NCBI GenBank assembly: GCA_001643675.2
Contig: LSRY02000003.1
Coordinates: 2,294,001-2,358,000, forward strand
DNA: 64,000 nt
Direction of reading: 5' to 3'
Source: Monocercomonoides exilis PA203
Taxonomy: Eukaryota > Protista > Preaxostyla
The notes below the pieces were generated by a model that saw only the letters and a list, made by a program, of their open reading frames with translations, made no database searches and had not been told where the DNA came from. Within the stretch, counting starts at the first letter, position 1, and each line of letters opens with the position of its first letter. The position numbers were made by a program, and so were the translations under genes. Shown in pieces: positions 61,686 through 64,000 of the stretch.

Positions 61686-64000
61686 GGCATAGGTCTAAAT
61701 TGTACCAGTAGTGATTTTAACATTCTCTAATGAATAACAGTTCTATTATTGATTGTCATAATTTATTAACACTGTATTATCGAAAAAATTTGAAAAATCT
61801 TATCTTCAAAATGAAAACAAAAATTATTGATCAAACCCATAAAAATTTTTGTTCATTTTTCATTTTGTGTTTTGTGACGTATAAGAGCTATGTTTTGGAT
61901 ATTTTCTACATTCATTGTTTTGTTGTATTTTTCACATTACAACCTCTTTTTTAAAAAGAACAAATCAGAATGATGTTGAAAATTTTCTTTTAAAATACAA
62001 ATTACGAAATTTAAAATAAATGCATTGAATTATATACGAAACATCACAACTATTCTAATAAAGTTTTTATCTTTATTCAGAAAAATATATCCGAAATAAT
62101 TCAATTTCACTCCGTCTTTCGAAATTGATGTTCCAATTCGAGCTTTGATTGTTGATGTTTCCAACACTTCCTTAATCCCACCTCCATTCCCATTCACACA
62201 CTCACATTCTTCAATCGTTGTGTTGCTCACCACAAATGTCTCTTTTCCGTTTTCACTTCATGCCATCACGACTCCATCTCCTCCTGTTATCCGATTCACA
62301 TTCCGAATTGTCACATTCCCCAGCAAACTCTCTCCTGATGTTGATTCTTCTGTTGATGGCTCTTCGAACAGAGGTTGGCTCATTTTCATATTTTTTATCT
62401 CAACATCACTCATCCTCAACTGAGACAGTGCCATCACAAATATCGATGCTGATATTTCTCTCTCTCCATTAACACTTGAAAAGATCAGCACATCTTCCAA
62501 TGAAAGAGTCCCACTTCCCACAGACACCACAAACACACTCGGTGAAGAAGGGCTTGCATTTGAGTTACAATCAACCTTCATGTGCAATAAACCAAGATGA
62601 CCTGTTGACACACTGAATAGCGCTCCAGTTGATGAAAGTGCACCTGTTCCAATCGAACTCTTATCTTTGCCTCTCCCAATGACTGAAATCTTCTGTGCTC
62701 CAATATCAATTGTTGACGTCTCGTTTTGATGATTCCCTTCCATCAGCGTGATTGACAAGCTTATCTGCACCTCACACATCTCAAACGCCTTCTTCACTGT
62801 CAGACACGGATTTGATTCATTCATCCCACACAACTCAATATTATCATCTCCACCAACAGAAACATAAATCGTCTTATCCTTCAGCCAATCCCTTTTTGAT
62901 GTTTGGTCATATATCCAGGTACCTGATGGATTATACGCATAGCACATTCTCTTATCATCTGTATTTGTCGTGTAGCATTCATAGAACGGGTTAATTGATG
63001 ATAAATACAAATTATATGCATCTACAAAATAGGCATCATGCCCATATGGAGTGGAGGTTGTTCTGCATTTGCATTCATGGAAGAACAAATAATAACAATA
63101 AATTTTATCATTTGGTGCTGTTGCTCCATTTGGATGAAAATATAATCCTCCTCCATACCTCATTGCTGAACATCAGATAAACTGAATGCTCCTCATTTTG
63201 AATTGAGTAATTGGAATGTTAATACAGCGCATTCCTCCACCATCATTTCCAGTAACCGAGCATGAAGTGAAACTGCAGTCAAACACACACGCACTCTCTC
63301 CTCCTCCATTTTCTGTTGGAATGCATCCTGACCCTGAAACCTGAAAATTATCAAGATTAAGCCCTCCTCCATAGCTATTTGCTTCACAATCCTGGAATTC
63401 ACACCCGCTGATCATAACACACGATGAATTTGCATAAATGCGCATTCCTCCTCCTCCATGAGTTTTTGTGGAACATGAGTTGAACGAATTGTTTCAACAG
63501 ATATAATATTTGCACACATAACCCCCCCTCCATCCCAATAAGCATTGCAATCATTGAATGAGCAGTGCTTAATTGAAGCCGATGCGCTTGATTGACCATC
63601 CATGCAGATTGCCTGCCACTTGATTCACCAACTGTGAATGAATTTTCTGTTCCTGTTGTCTCTGATCCGTTTCATTCACTCCAAAATAAATGAATATGCT
63701 TCGCTTAGAGATTCTCTCTCTTAAAAATTTCTGATTATCAAGTTAGCATCATTCTTCGAACTTTATTTGAGCACAACCTATGCGAAGCAAGATGTTAAAA
63801 ATAAATTTATGAAACATGTAGGTTAGTATAATTTGATAATGGAAATTAAATTGAAAATAGCATAACTGTTGCAATACGTCACAAAACACAAAATGAAAAA
63901 TGAACAAAAATTTTTATGGGTTTGATCAATAATTTTTGTTTTCATTTTGAAGATAAGATTTTTCAAATTTTTTCGATAATACAGTGTTAATAAATTATGA
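61686..64000. mobile_element. Long-TIR (MULE/Pack-MULE-like) non-autonomous element, right end beyond the window
   Basis: 61756-61882 is a perfect 127-bp inverted repeat of 63874-64000. Homology with the 17.4-kb paralogous region breaks exactly at 61686 (GGCATAGG...). Confidence 0.7.
62100..63620 (-). pseudogene. Fragment of a different beta-helix/adhesin-like subfamily gene inside the TIRs
   Basis: GGG-x repeats (WDGGGV, YGGGLNL, DGGGMRC, YGGGLYF) and IYVSVGGDD..CG.NESNPCLTV. Frameshift near 63480 and in-frame TGA at 63173 and 62258. Confidence 0.8.

Noticed and set aside
4371-63175. In-frame TGA/TAG/TAA codons in family copies as evidence of a reassigned genetic code
   Set aside because: They replace different residues (R, Y, P and others), co-occur with frameshifts, and intact core genes end in TAA or TGA. 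They are ordinary nonsense mutations.

Overview
AT-rich eukaryotic (protist) DNA with short GT-AG introns (GTTTG/GTATG donors) and long poly-Ser/poly-Glu tracts. The style resembles an oxymonad such as Monocercomonoides, but that is inference, not verified. The window has three zones. (1) About 1-29,450: an array of seven paralogous, mostly truncated copies of a Cys/Asn-rich GGA(L/I)...FxxN beta-helix (Pmp-like) surface-protein gene in both orientations, separated by a degenerate repeated spacer and ending in a nest of TA-flanked Tc1/mariner-pogo elements. (2) About 29,760-46,200: a single-copy, intron-containing core with a zf-C2HC protein, a CRHC thioredoxin-fold protein, a secreted Fe/Mn-SOD-fold pseudoenzyme, a huge Ser-rich makorin-like CCCH protein and an ARM/HEAT-like protein. 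(3) About 46,200-64,000: three more beta-helix copies, a ~6 kb inverted duplicate of zone 1, and a long-TIR element carrying a captured beta-helix gene fragment. The main finding is the organisation of the ten beta-helix copies. They are segmental mosaics of one another with hypervariable, aromatic-rich positions. Only one has an intact ATG plus signal peptide, yet the start-less copies keep open frames. This is the architecture expected of a cassette/gene-conversion (possibly inversion) surface-variation system.
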